From the NCBI GenBank assembly GCA_039621445.1, contig CP154954.1, positions 6,955,425 to 7,019,424 of the forward strand: a stretch of 64,000 nt of DNA, written 5' to 3'. Of the stretch, positions 12,601-25,157 are shown piece after piece. The translations under genes and the position numbers were made by a program. How positions within the stretch are numbered: the first letter of the stretch is position 1; each line of letters begins with the position of its first letter. This DNA is from Euglena gracilis. Its lineage: Eukaryota. The notes below the pieces were generated by a model that was not told the origin of the DNA, did no database searches, and saw only the letters and a program-made list of their open reading frames with translations.

Positions 12601-15229
12601 TGAGATGATTTTGGGGGGGCTGGGCTGGGGGTGGGACATTTCAGGCTTTTTTGCAACCTTTGATGGAGGGGGGTGTCTCCCTTCGTTTCCTCCATTGAAT
12701 TTATTTTCTGGACAAGATGATTGTGGGGGGGTTGGGTTGGGGGTGTTGGACATTGCACCCTTAGGTCCCCTAGGGCTTGGGCCCTTGGAAAAAGAAATAT
12801 TTTCTGGGGGGATGTGCATGCACTCTCTCCCTCTCTGCTCACCTCTCTGGATGATCTTGTTGTTGGAAGACATACCATAGGGCTTACTGCCCCTGTTTGG
12901 CCTATCTGGTCTTCTCCATGTTGATGTGGTTGGTTGACATACCATAGGGGGGCCTCTGTGGGTCCCCCCCTTGATTGAATCATTGGAAATTGAGGAATAA
13001 TTGTTGGAGGGGTTCCTGCCCCTCCCTCCACAAGGGCCACTGTGGGTCCATTTTCCTCCTGGGGCTGGGTCATTGAAAGGGCCACTGTGGGTCCCTTTTT
13101 CCCCCATTTTAGGCAGAGGGCCTCTGTGGGTCCCTCGGGGGATTTCACCAGCAGCATCCTTAGCTTCTTGGTGGCCACTGTGGGTCCACCCTGCTGGTTG
13201 GGGATGATGCCCCTTAGCTTCTTGGTGGCCACTGTGGGTCCACCCTGCTGGCTTCCAAGGACTCCATATATAAATTTTTTTCCATAATCCATCTCTTGGT
13301 CTTGTGGGCCTTGAGTTCTTCTTGGCCTCCAACCCCATTGGAAATATGGGGGGGCTGCTGTGGTCCCCCCTTGTCCCCCTGAGAGGGGCTGTTGTGTAAG
13401 ATGAATTGGGGGGGTTTGACAGACCTTTTCTGCCCCTTCCTGAGGGGATTTGCTTGTAAAATTGGCCCCCATGTCCCCTGTAATGGTGACCTCCTTGGCC
13501 TTGATTCCATCTCCCCAGCCTTTGGCCAAATTGTGTGCAGGCTTGGGGGAAAAGCCCCTGATCTGTGGGCTTTGGCTGTCCAATGCTGAAGCATTTTGGG
13601 CCTCCATGGCCCATCCTTGGCCCACTGAGGGTTGGGGCTGACTTCTGTTTTCTGGGCCTTCTGCCACAGTGGTCCAAGGACCGTGGCCGTCACTGGGGGG
13701 GTTTTTGTGGGAAATTTCTGGGGTGGGGGTCTGGGTGGGAAGAACGGCCACGGTTTGCCACGTGTCGACCGCATCTCCAAGTTCTCCAGCTGCTGCTGCG
13801 GCCTCTGCTCCAAGACGTCCGCGGCCATGAAATTCCAATTTCTTCTCAACTGCATTGCTCATTGAAGTCAAATTTGAAATTTGATAATTGATTTTTGAGT
13901 TGATATTCGTCTGGTTCGTGTCCTTCTGGATATTGAATTGGTATTTGACTTCTTTTCTTGGTTCTTCTTCGTTCGTTGACTCTGTTCCTTTCTTCTGGGT
14001 GTCGAAGGGCAAGCTAAGAATCAGCCAACTCCGGCGAAAAAAGGCACTAAGCGGGACCTCCTAACCCAGCGCAGCAAACAATCACAACAAACCGCCGGCG
14101 AGCAAGGCATGGCCTCAAAATGGCAAAGTGCGGAGCCCGAGGTGTCGCAAAAGTTTGTTTCCTTGTGGATGGGCTCAGGTCCTATCTCACACCAAACAGT
14201 TTGCAAGAGAAAATTGAGGGACTTTGCTTTGGAAAAAAAAGAACAATCCTGGACAATGGGTGAAAGACTACTTCGGAAAGAGTCAATGAATCCCTTTGGA
14301 AACCCTTTGGAAGAAGTCTTGAATCAAATGCAGCAAAATGAATGGGAACACCAATGTGAAGCACAAGTTGTGGTGATGGTAGTAGAAGGGATAAGAGTGG
14401 TAGAAAGAAAACAGAAGGACCCTGTGGATAAGAGAAAGATTTTTGTTTCATCAAACCTTTAGACTGGGTTCTAATTTGTTCCGCTGTGGGTTGCGCTATT
14501 TGGCTGTTCCTGCCAACCCCTTGGCGGACCCATTCCGCCAACACTCCCCCCCTTGCGAGCCAACCCGGCTCGCACCATTGAGGCCACTTGTGGGCGGTTT
14601 CAATCACCCCCCCCATTCTTATTTCTTTCCGAGCATGGTCTTGGCATCTTGGGCACAGAATGTGAAACAAATAAAAACAAAAAAGCACAGGATAAAATTT
14701 CGGTGGTCGGGGAAAAAAAGCAATTTCTTGGGAGAATTTGTGTTGGATTCCGCTCTTGTCTGATGGAACAGCCTTATGATGTAAAGAAAAAAAGGGGGTT
14801 TTCCTTCTCAGATCCACAGGGCATGCCACCACCATGGCTCCCGTGGAGCCACAATGGATTCATCAGCAATATGGGAAAGGTGGGGGGGTAAGGAAGGGAC
14901 GGGGATGGGGGAGAGAATTGCGGATGCGGGTATTGTGTTGGTGCGAAGGGGGCTTGGTAGGCGGCGAAGCGCCGCCATTGCCCGCCGCGGGCTCCGCGCG
15001 GCCACCGGGGCCCGAATCCGCCGCCCGCGCCGCCGCTCCCGACAGCCGTCGACGGTGTGGAAGGGATTGAAGTAGGTGTTGGTGTCGGGTGCAGGGTTGT
15101 TGGCGTAGTGCGGTTCGGGGTCGCGGTAGATGGAGTTGAGGTTGGTGTAGTAGATGGGGGAGTAGTAGTAGTTGGTGGTGCAGGAGTAGGTGTTGACGGT
15201 GGGTTGATGTTGGCCATGGCCTCCCGCAG

Positions 15230-18200
15230 TAACTGAAAATTCAAAAATCCAACCGCCCCCCCCCCTTCCTTTGGGGTCCGGGGGTCCTGAAAATTCAAAA
15301 TAATCCGAACATTAAAAAATCCAATCGCCCCCCCCCCCCTTTACTTCGGGGGCCGGGGGTCCTGAGAATTCAAAGAAATCCGAAAATACAAAAGTCCAAA
15401 CGCCCCCCCCTGTCCTTCGGGGGCCGAGGTCCGAATTACCCACAGTAACTGAAAATTCAAAAATCCAACCGCCTCCCCCGCTTCCTTTGGGGTCCGGGGG
15501 TCCTGAAAATTCAAAATAATCCGAAAATTCAAAAATCCAACCCCCCTTTCGTTCGGGTGCCGGGGTCCGAATTATTCCAACAAACTGAAAATTCAAAAAG
15601 CCAAACCCCCCTTTCGTTCGGGTGCCGGGGTCCGAATTAATCCAACAAACTGAAAATTCAGAAATACAACCGCCTCCCCCCCCCCATTCCTTCGGGGGCC
15701 GGGGGACCTTAAATATTCAAAAAAAATCTGAAAATTAAAAAATTCAACCGCCCCCCCCCCTTTTCCTTCGGGGGCCGGGTTCCGAATTACCCAAAGTTAC
15801 TGAAAATTCAAAAATCCAACCGCCCCCCCCTCCCTTCCTTTGGGGTCCGGGGGTCCTGAAAATTCAAAAAAATCCGAAAACACACCAATCCAACCCCCCC
15901 CCCTCTTCCTTTCGTGGCCGGGGGCCGAATTATTCCGACAAACTGAAAATTAAAAAACACAACCCCCCCCCCTTTCCTTCGGGTGCCGGGGTCCGAATTA
16001 TTCCAACAAACTGAAAATTCAAAAATCCAACCGCCCTCCCCCCCCTCCTTCGGGGGCCGGGGCTCCTGAAAACTCAAAAAATTCCGAAAAATTCAAACCT
16101 CCAACCGCCCCCCCCCCCTTTACTTCGGGGGCCGGGGTTCCTGAAAATTCAAAAAAATCCGACCCCCCCCTTCTCCTTCGGGGGCCGGGGGTCCTGAAAA
16201 TTGAAAAGAAAAATCTGAAAATCCGAAACATTTCCTTCATTTGGGACTGGTGGTTCTGAAATCCTGTAGTCCAATTGAAATAAGAAATTGTCTAGTAGGG
16301 AATCACCGTGAGTGTGCTTAATTCTTTTCCTTCTCTTTTCTCCAAACCCCGTGAGATTTGTGTGCTTAGGGGGACACTATTTTCCTTTTCCTATTTCGCC
16401 GATCAAAGGCGTCAATAACATAACCCCCCCCCAAAAAAACAAGACCCCCCCATAAAATGGACCCCCCAAAAAAATAAGACCCCCCTGGCCGGTTCCGAGC
16501 AAAAGTCCATGGACTCCCCCCATAAATAAGACCCCCCCTGCCGGCGCGAAGCCCCGCATTTTTGAAAAAAGGGCCATTTTTGGGCGGTAAATCTGTCATT
16601 TTGGGACAGTTTCCATACAATTCAGCATTTTTCCCTCTATTTGTCTGGCGCGAAGCGCCGAAATTTTCGAATAATGGTTTTTTGGGGGGTATTTTTCGAC
16701 ATTTTGGTGGGTCGAAAAAATTTCCAGCAAAAATCCGTAAAATGGACCCCCCCCCCATGAATAAGACCCCCCCTCGGGCATTCCAGCAACCGACCCATGA
16801 AATGGACCCGTGGTCTTATTTTTGGGGGGGGTTACGTTGTTGACGAATTCAAAGAACATCAATGTTTGATCTCAAAGGAACGTGTCGATAACCCTTAAAT
16901 TCAATAAAAAAAATGCAACGCCCCACCCCCTTCTTCTTCGGGGCCGGGGGTCCTGAGAATTCAAAAAAACCAACGCCCCCCCCCCTCTTCGGGGCCGGGG
17001 GTCATGAAAATTCAAAAAAGTCCAACGGCCCCCCTTTCTTCGGGGCCGGGGGTCCTGAAAATTTAAGAACTCCAACGCCCCCCCCCCTTCCTTCGGTGCC
17101 GGGGGTCCTGAAAATTCAAAAAAATACAACGCCCCCCCCTTCTTCGGGGCAGGGGATCCTGAGATTCAAACATACTGAAAACTGAAAAAAAGCTGAAAAT
17201 TTCAAAAATCCAACCCCAACTTACAATTTAAAATTCCAACCCCCCCCTTCATTTTGGGGGCTGGGAGTCTGAAAATAAAAAATTCCAACCCCAACCTTTC
17301 TCCCTCCGGGTGACGGGGAGTCCGATAATCCTCAAATCAATCCTCAAAGGTGATTGTGCTTTGGAAAACAAAACAATGATCCGATAGGAGGCACGGTGTC
17401 GATGAATTCAAAGGGAATCAACACTTGATCTTAAAAGTAGTGTTTTGAGACGCCTGAAAGCTATAAAATTCCACGTTCCCTTCTATGGGGCCGGGGTCGT
17501 ATGATTCAAAAAAACCAACCCCCCCTTCGGGGCTGGAGGTCCTGAAAAATCAAAAAATACAACGCCCCCCCTCTTCGGGACCGGGGGTCCTAAAAATTCA
17601 AAAAATACAATGCCCCCCCCCTTTGCTCGGGGCCGGGGATCCTGAAAATTCCAAAAAATCCAACGCCACCCCCCCTTCTCGGGGACGGAGGTCCTGAAAA
17701 TTCAAAAAATCCAACGCCCCCCCCCCTTCTTCGTGGCCGGGGGTCCTGAAAATTAAAAAAAAAAAACAACGACCCCCCCTTCTTCGGGGCCGGGGGTCCT
17801 GAGAATTCAAAAAAACCAAGCCCCCCCCCCTTCTTCAGGGCTGGGGGTCCTGAAAGTTCAAAATATCCAGTGCACCCCCTTTCTTCGGGGCCGGGGGTCC
17901 TGAAAATTCAAAACCTCCAACCCCCCCCCTTCCTTCGGGGCCGGGGGTCCCTCAGATTCAAAAAAAATCAACGCCCCCCCCTTCTTCGGGTCCTGAAAAT
18001 TCAAAATATCCAATGCCCCCCCCCCCCTTTCTTTGGGGCCGGGGGTCCTGAAAATTCAAAGATTCCACTCCCCCCCCCTTTCTTCGGGGCCGGGGGTCCT
18101 GAAAATTCAAAAATTCCAACGCCCCCCCCCCCTCTTCGGGGCCGGGGGGTCCTGAAAATTCAAAAAAATACAACGCCCCCCCTTCTTCTTAGGGGCTAGG

Positions 18201-18605
18201 AGTCCTGAAAATTCAAAAACTCAACCCCCCTTTCTTCGGGGCCGGGGGTCCTGAAAATTAAAAAAAAACAACGCCCCCCCCCCTTCTTCGGGGCCGGGGG
18301 TCCTTAAAATTGAAAATATACAATGCCCCCGCCCTTTCTTCGGGGCCGGGGGTCCTGAAAATTCAAAAAATACATACCCCCCCCCTTCCTTCGGGGACAG
18401 GGGTCGTGAAAATTCAAAAAAAAAACAACGCCCCCCCACTTTCTTCGGGGCCGGGGGTCCTGAAAGTTCAAAAAATACATACCCCCCCCTTCCTTCGGGG
18501 CTAGGGGTCGTGAAAATTCAAAAAAAACAACGCCCCCCCCTTTCTTCGGGGCCGGGGGTCCTGAAAGTTCAAAAACTCCAATGCCCCCCTCCTTTCCTTC
18601 GGGTA
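15230..18605. repeat. Degenerate ~50-60 bp minisatellite (GAAAATTCAAAAAATCCAACG(C)nTTCTTCGGGGCCGGGGGTCCT) in two blocks, ~15230-16210 and ~16890-18605
   Basis: Dozens of directly visible tandem copies. Confidence 0.9.
16410..16844. mobile_element. MITE-like element with ~26-bp terminal inverted repeats
   Basis: CGTCAATAACATAACCCCCCCCAAAA ... TTTTGGGGGGGGTTACGTTGTTGACG. Similar ends occur at ~26845-27225 and ~35335-35735. No clear TSD. Confidence 0.6.
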
Positions 18606-19229
18606 TGCCTTCCTCATATTGCTACACTGATTGGGGCTCTCAAGGTTCGGGGAGATCACAAAACAACAGCGATACTGATGCACACCTTCATCTTGTCACC
18701 TCTTTCTCCCTTTTTCTGAAATGGCGTGCCGGGGTTCGGTGAACACTCCTGAATATGTATTTGTGCACGCGTGAATGTGTGTGTGTGTGTGCATGTGCGT
18801 GTGCGTGCCCTTGAGTATTTCTGCTTCACAAAGTGGTGATTCACCAGTGGCAAGAATGATTTGAAAAACAAAAATCCACTGGAATGAGGATTTAAAAAAG
18901 GGTAATGCACATATATGCCATGGTCACAAAGCAATGGCTCTCATGGGTCAAAGAAAACATAGCAAGGTAAATACCTTGGAAATTGGGCGCTTTAAGCTGC
19001 CTCATTGGGCGCTTTATTGGCAGCCTCTTGGCGCTGTTAAGCAGCCATTGAATTGAAGGAAAAAGAAAGCAAAGCAACTGAAACCAAGGAACACAAAGGG
19101 GTGAAAAAAACCTCAAATGGGCAAGGAAGCAACCCATTGAATGAAAATTTTGAGGAATGGGGGGAAAGCTTTCACAAGGTTGGTTCCTCCGACAAAAACG
19201 TGGTGATGTCTATGGGAAGTTGTCTTTGG

Positions 19230-20660
19230 TTGCAATATTTCACAAAATCTGAAGAGTATCGGTGTATGAAATTTACAACCGTTCCCATGTGTTCTCACTC
19301 ATAGGAAAACCCTTCTAATGGGTAAAGAAAAGCAAATTCCCCTTTTGTCCACTTTGTGATCCAAAATTTCTTCCACCTCCCATTCATGAACCCCGCCTTC
19401 CAAATCTGGTTCGGTTCCTTGATGATAAAAAAGAGGAATTGGTCTACCAGCCGAATCGTCCTCTTTAAAAAGTTTGAGGAAAGAATTGTGTACCCCCATT
19501 TCTACCCCGGGTTTTATTTCCAACATGTAGCTATTCGTGCCCCGCCTTTCCTTAATAACGGCGGGTCCCAACCAACCTGTTTCCAATTTGTTTCCACTGT
19601 TCGGCGGTCGTCTATACCACACCTTTTGTCCAATTTTGCATTCCACATCTGTGAGTTTTTTTTGGCTTCATTGTCAAAAGTCGTTTTTCATGCATGGTAT
19701 TCAAAGTTTCTGCCACTTGTTTGTCAATAAAGGCCATTCTTTCAAAAAATTCAGTGGCATCCTCACATTCTCGGGGGGGCGTATAGGGTATTCCCCCCCT
19801 TTGTCGTTGCCTTCCGAAAAGAATTTCGTATGGACTCAAACCACACTCCCCAATTGTGTCGTGTATGGTATCCAAAACTTGAGGCAGTGCCTCAACCCAA
19901 CAAATTTTCTTGTGCACATATAATTTCCGCAAAATTTCCATGACTTATTGTCCAGCCATTTTAGCCCTCCCATTTGCTTGATGATGGTCTGCTTGGGAAA
20001 CTGCTTGCCGAATGCTAAAATGTGCACACATTGCTTTCCACCACGCCCGAACAAAATGGGCACCCCTATCACTGGATATAATGGTTGGTGTTCCAAAAGG
20101 TCTCCAAGCGTGCAAAAGCATTGCTTGGGCCACCATTGCCCCGTCAATCCCTTTTCCAAACGTGTGGAAGCTACAATCCAACCCGAATGGCGATCAACAC
20201 ATAACGCCATGAAATTGAAGTCTCTTCCCCCCCACTTGACAAAAGGCATTTTGAACATGTCAAGAGCAACACTTACCAAGCATTTGGGGGGGATCACCGT
20301 ATATTCCATGGGACCATGGAGAGTTTTTGGCCGAATAAAAGTTTGACATACGTAACAAATTGTTCCCACGGTGAAAGAAAAACTCTTTGTGCGAGCAATG
20401 TCTGCAAATGCATATCGATGCTCAATTTGACTCCATAACTTTTCCCCAACCAAATGGACAAAGGAGTCATGATGTGAATGGATGAAGTTTTCTTGCAAAC
20501 TCAAAGGAACACACAACCTTTCTCCTTGGTAAATTGGGCAATCAAAACGTTTGAAGTTCTGTGGCCAATCCCCCGAATTTTCTGAGATACTTTTCCATTG
20601 CTGCCCCCACGTGGGACATGACGCGTATGCATCCCCCCAATCCCGATCCCATATTGCACC
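19230..20660 (-). pseudogene. Ty3/Gypsy (chromovirus-like) integrase + chromodomain remnant
   Basis: HHCC-like zinc finger (HSHHDSFVH..CYVCQ), core motifs (VALDMF, CVDRHSG, IISSDRGAHF, HHQANGRA), GPY/F-like WLGPAVI..NSY and a chromodomain (WEVEEILDHK..GFPMSENTWE), with many frameshifts. Confidence 0.88.
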
Positions 20661-20932
20661 AAGATTTTCTTGGGAAACAAGAGGAGGTGGCGTGCCCTCC
20701 TCCCCTCCCTTGTTAGAGCTCCCACTTTCATCTGGTTTGGCAACGCTCGAATCATGGGGTGCATCAATTTGAGGTGTTGTGTCGACACTTTGACCAGAAT
20801 TTCCTATGGGGGTTCGCCTCGCTTGTGGGGCCGCCCTCACCCATAGTTTTTGATAATTTTCTCATGGGGGGGTTCACCCCGTTTCTGGCGCCACCCCCTT
20901 CCATGAGTGGTGATTATTGCAAATTTTCCTCC

Positions 20933-21109
20933 GTTAGGGTTAGGGTTAGGGTTAGGGTTAGGGTTAGGGTTAGGGTTAGGGTTAGTGTTAGGGTTAGGGT
21001 TAGGGTTAGGGTTAGGGTTAGGGTTCGGGTTAGGGTTAGGGTTAGGGTTAGGGTTAGGGTTAGGGTTAGGGTTAGGGTTAGGGTTAGGGTTAGGGTTAGG
21101 GTTAGGGTT
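20933..21109 (+). repeat. (TTAGGG)n telomeric array 1
   Basis: Direct reading. Confidence 0.97.
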
Positions 21110-22636
21110 GTCATATTATCGGGGGGGGGGTGGTCTTTTCAAGGCACATTTGTGTGGCTTTCGGATTCTTTGTGCCTATCACTCATTTATTTCACATTTT
21201 TCAAGTAAACAAAGGTGGTGGTATACTTTGGGTACCACAATAATGTTCAAAACCCCCCACCCCCCTTGGGATCACATAATTTTTGCCTCACATTTTTTTA
21301 AGTCAAAATATCGGTTAGGGGCATCATCTTTTCAAAATTTCAATGGTTTTCCTCTTCAACAAAGCCCCATTATCATTTTTTAACCTTGGTTTTATTTTGG
21401 TGGTGTCATTTTTTGTGCCTTATCCTTTGGGGTGTGGGGGGGGGCAATGGTTTTTTGCCACCTCACATTTTTAAGGGGTGAGGTGTTGAAGTTGTCATAT
21501 TATCGGGGGGGGGTGGTCTTTTCAAGGCACATTTGTGTGGCTTTCGGATTCTTTGTGCCTGTCATTCATTTATTTCACATTTTTCAAGTAAACAAAGGTG
21601 GTGTTATACTTTGGGTACAACAATAATGTTCAAAACCCCCCACCCCCCTTGGGATCACATAACTTTTGCCTCGCGTTTTTTTAAGTAAAAATATCGGTTA
21701 GGGGCATCATCTTTTCAAAATTTCAATGGTTTTCCTCTTCAACAAAGCCCCATTATCATTTTTTAACCTTGGTTTTATTTTGGTGGTGTCATTTTTTGTG
21801 CCTTATCCTTTGGGGTGTGGGGGGCAATGGTTTTTTGCCACCTCACATTTTTAAGGGGTGAGGTGTTGAAGTTGTCATATTATCGGGGGGGGTGGCCTTT
21901 TCAAGGCACATTTGTGTGGCTTTCGGATTCTTTGTGCCTATCACTAATTTATTTCACATTTTTCAAGTAAACAAAGGTGGTGTTATACTTTGGGTACAAC
22001 AATAATGTTCAAAACCCCCCACCCCCCTTGGGATCACATAATTTTTGCCTCGCGTTTTTTTAAGTCAAAATATCGGTTAGGGGCATCATCTTTTTAAAAT
22101 TTCAATGGTTTTTCTCTTCAACAAAGCCCTATTATCATTTTTTAACCTTGGTTTTATTTTGGTGGTGTCATTTTTTTGTGCCTTTTCCTTTGGGGTGTGG
22201 GGGGAGGCAACGGTTTTTTGCCACCTCACATTTTTAAGGGGTGAGGTGTTGAAGTTGTCATATTATCGGGGGGGGTGGTCTTTTCCAGGCACGTTTGTGT
22301 GGCTTTCAGATTCTTTGTGCCTATCACTCATTTATTTCACATTTTTCAAGTAAACAAAGGTGGTGTTATACTTTGGGTACCACAATAATGTTCAAAGCCC
22401 CCCACCCCCCTTGCGATCACATAATTTTTGCCTCGCGTTTTTTTAAGTCAAAATATCGGTTAGGGGCATCATCTTTTTAAAATTTCAATGGTTTTCCTCT
22501 TCAACAAAGCCCCATTATCATTTTTTAACCTTGGTTTTAGTTTGGTGGTGTCGTTTGTTGTGCCTTATCCTTTGGGGTGTGGGGGGGGGGCAACGGTTTT
22601 TTGCCACCTCACATTTCTAAGGGGTGAGGTGTTGAA
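21107..22636. repeat. ~383-bp tandem repeat, block 1 (4 units)
   Basis: Units start with GTTGTCATATTATC at 21107, 21491, 21871 and 22254. Confidence 0.95.
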
Positions 22637-22917
22637 GTTAGGGTTAGGGTTAGGGTTAGGGTTAGGGTTAGGGTTAGGGTTAGGGTTAGGGTTAGGGTTA
22701 GGGTTAGGGTTAGGGTTAGGGTTAGGGTTAGGGTTAGGGTTAGGGTTAGGGTTAGGGTTAGGGTTAGGGTTAGGGTTAGGGTTAGGGTTAGGGTAGGGGT
22801 AGGGGTTGGGGTTAGGGTAAGGGTAGGGTTAGGGTTAGGGTTAGGGTTAGGTTAGGGTTAGGGTTAGGGTTAGGGTTAGGGTTAGGGTGAGGGTTAGGGT
22901 TCGGGTTCGGGTTAGGG

Positions 22918-22950
<33 letters not shown>

Positions 22951-23320
22951 CGGGTTCGTGTTCGGTTCGGGTTAGGGTTAGGGTTAGGGTTAGGGTTAGG
23001 GTTAGGGTTAGGGTTAGGGTTAGGGTTAGGGTTAGGGTTAGGGTTAGGGTTCGGATTTGTGTTTGGGTTCGGATTCGTGTTGGGGTTTGGGTTTGGGTTC
23101 GGTTTAGGGTTAGGGTTCGGGTTCGGGTTAGGGTTAGGGTTAGGGTTAGGGTTAGGGTTAGGGTTAGGGTTAGGGTTAGGGTTAGGGTTAGGGTTAGGGT
23201 TAGGGTTAGGGTTAGGGTTAGGGTTAGGGTTAGGGTTAGGGTTAGGGTTAGGGTTAGGGTTAGGGTTAGGGTTAGGGTTAGGGTTCGGGTTAGGGTTAGG
23301 GTTCGGGTTCGGGTTTAGGG
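22637..23320 (+). repeat. (TTAGGG)n telomeric array 2 with variant patches
   Basis: Direct reading. Confidence 0.97.
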
Positions 23321-24827
23321 GGTGGTCTTTTCAAGGCACATTTGTGTGGCTTTCGGATTCTTTGTGCCTATCACTCATTTATTTCACATTTTTCAAGTAA
23401 ACAAAGGTGGTGGTATACTTTGGGTACCACAATAATGTTCAAAACCCCCCACCCCCCTTGGGATCACATAATTTTTGCCTCACATTTTTTTAAGTCAAAA
23501 TATCGGTTAGGGGCATCATCTTTTCAAAATTTCAATGGTTTTCCTCTTCAACAAAGCCCCATTATCATTTTTTAACCTTGGTTTTATTTTGGTGGTGTCA
23601 TTTTTTGTGCCTTATCCTTTGGGGTGTGGGGGGGGGCAATGGTTTTTTGCCACCTCACATTTTTAAGGGGTGAGGTGTTGAAGTTGTCATATTATCGGGG
23701 GGGGTGGGCTTTTTAAGGGAAATTTGTGTGGCTTTCGGGTTTTTTGTGCCTGTCATTCATTTATTTCACATTTTTCAAGTAAAACAAAGGTGGTGTTATA
23801 CTTTGGGTACAACAATAATGTTCAAAACCCCCCACCCCCCTTGGGATCACATAACTTTTGCCTCGCGTTTTTTTAAGTAAAAATATCGGTTAGGGGCATC
23901 ATCTTTTCAAAATTTCAATGGTTTTCCTCTTCAACAAAGCCCCATTATCATTTTTTAACCTTGGTTTTATTTTGGTGGTGTCATTTTTTGTGCCTTATCC
24001 TTTGGGGTGTGGGGGGCAATGGTTTTTTGCCACCTCACATTTTTAAGGGGTGAGGTGTTGAAGTTGTCATATTATCGGGGGGGGTGGCCTTTTCAAGGCA
24101 CATTTGTGTGGCTTTCGGATTCTTTGTGCCTATCACTAATTTATTTCACATTTTTCAAGTAAACAAAGGTGGTGTTATACTTTGGGTACAACAATAATGT
24201 TCAAAACCCCCCACCCCCCTTGGGATCACATAATTTTTGCCTCGCGTTTTTTTAAGTCAAAATATCGGTTAGGGGCATCATCTTTTTAAAATTTCAATGG
24301 TTTTTCTCTTCAACAAAGCCCTATTATCATTTTTTAACCTTGGTTTTATTTTGGTGGTGTCATTTTTTTGTGCCTTTTCCTTTGGGGTGTGGGGGGAGGC
24401 AACGGTTTTTTGCCACCTCACATTTTTAAGGGGTGAGGTGTTGAAGTTGTCATATTATCGGGGGGGGTGGTCTTTTCCAGGCACGTTTGTGTGGCTTTCA
24501 GATTCTTTGTGCCTATCACTCATTTATTTCACATTTTTCAAGTAAACAAAGGTGGTGTTATACTTTGGGTACCACAATAATGTTCAAAGCCCCCCACCCC
24601 CCTTGCGATCACATAATTTTTGCCTCGCGTTTTTTTAAGTCAAAATATCGGTTAGGGGCATCATCTTTTTAAAATTTCAATGGTTTTCCTCTTCAACAAA
24701 GCCCCATTATTATTTTTTAACCTTGGCTTTATTTTGGTGGTCTCAGTTTTTGTGCCTTTTCCTTTGGGGTGTGGGGGGAGGCAACGGTTTTTTGCCACCT
24801 CACATTTTTAAGGGGTGAGGTGTTAAA
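23321..24827. repeat. ~383-bp tandem repeat, block 2 (4 units, near-copy of block 1)
   Basis: Carries the same unit-specific variants in the same order as block 1. Confidence 0.95.
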
Positions 24828-25079
24828 GTTAGGGTTAGGGTTAGGGTTAGGGTTAGGGTTAGGGTTAGGGTTAGGGTTAGGGTTAGGGTTAGGGTTAGGG
24901 TTAGGGTTAGGGTTAGGGTTAGGGTTAGGGTTAGGGTTAGGGTTAGGGTTAGGGTTAGGGTTAGGGTTAGGGTTAGGGTTAGGGTTAGGGTTAGGGTTAG
25001 GGTTAGGGTTAGGGTTAGGGTTAGGTTAGGGTTAGGGTTAGGGTTAGGGTTAGGGTTAGGGTTAGGGTTAGGGTTAGGG

Positions 25080-25120
<41 letters not shown>

Positions 25121-25148
25121 GGTTAGGGTTAGGGTTAGGGTTAGGGTT
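24828..25148 (+). repeat. (TTAGGG)n telomeric array 3
   Basis: Direct reading. Confidence 0.97.
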
Positions 25149-25157
25149 CAGGTTGGT

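Larger units (their letters stand above)
9393..14146 (-). mobile_element. DIRS-type retrotransposon, copy B (divergent family, full length, frameshifted)
   Basis: ITRs at ~9455-9552 and ~14022-14122; ICR at 9691-9797. RT (KWRMISDCR, IDLKDAYFHIP, FGL, YLDD), RNase H (SDSS, HINVKEL, VDNQV), MTase (DLFAS, YANPPW) and YR (LYRSSDL, HSTRGAG, GQW..AHY) are spread over several frameshifted ORFs. Confidence 0.95.

Noticed and set aside
14774-15298. Pro/Thr-rich 174-aa ORF
   Set aside because: Low complexity, starts inside the minisatellite, and has no recognisable domain.
15230-18605. Regularly spaced repeats resembling a CRISPR array
   Set aside because: No unique spacers and no cas genes; the context is eukaryotic. 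It is a degenerate minisatellite.
21107-21490. 383-bp unit as a decayed Ty3 RT fragment (minus-strand IIVVPK)
   Set aside because: The similarity is too short and broken by stops to support.
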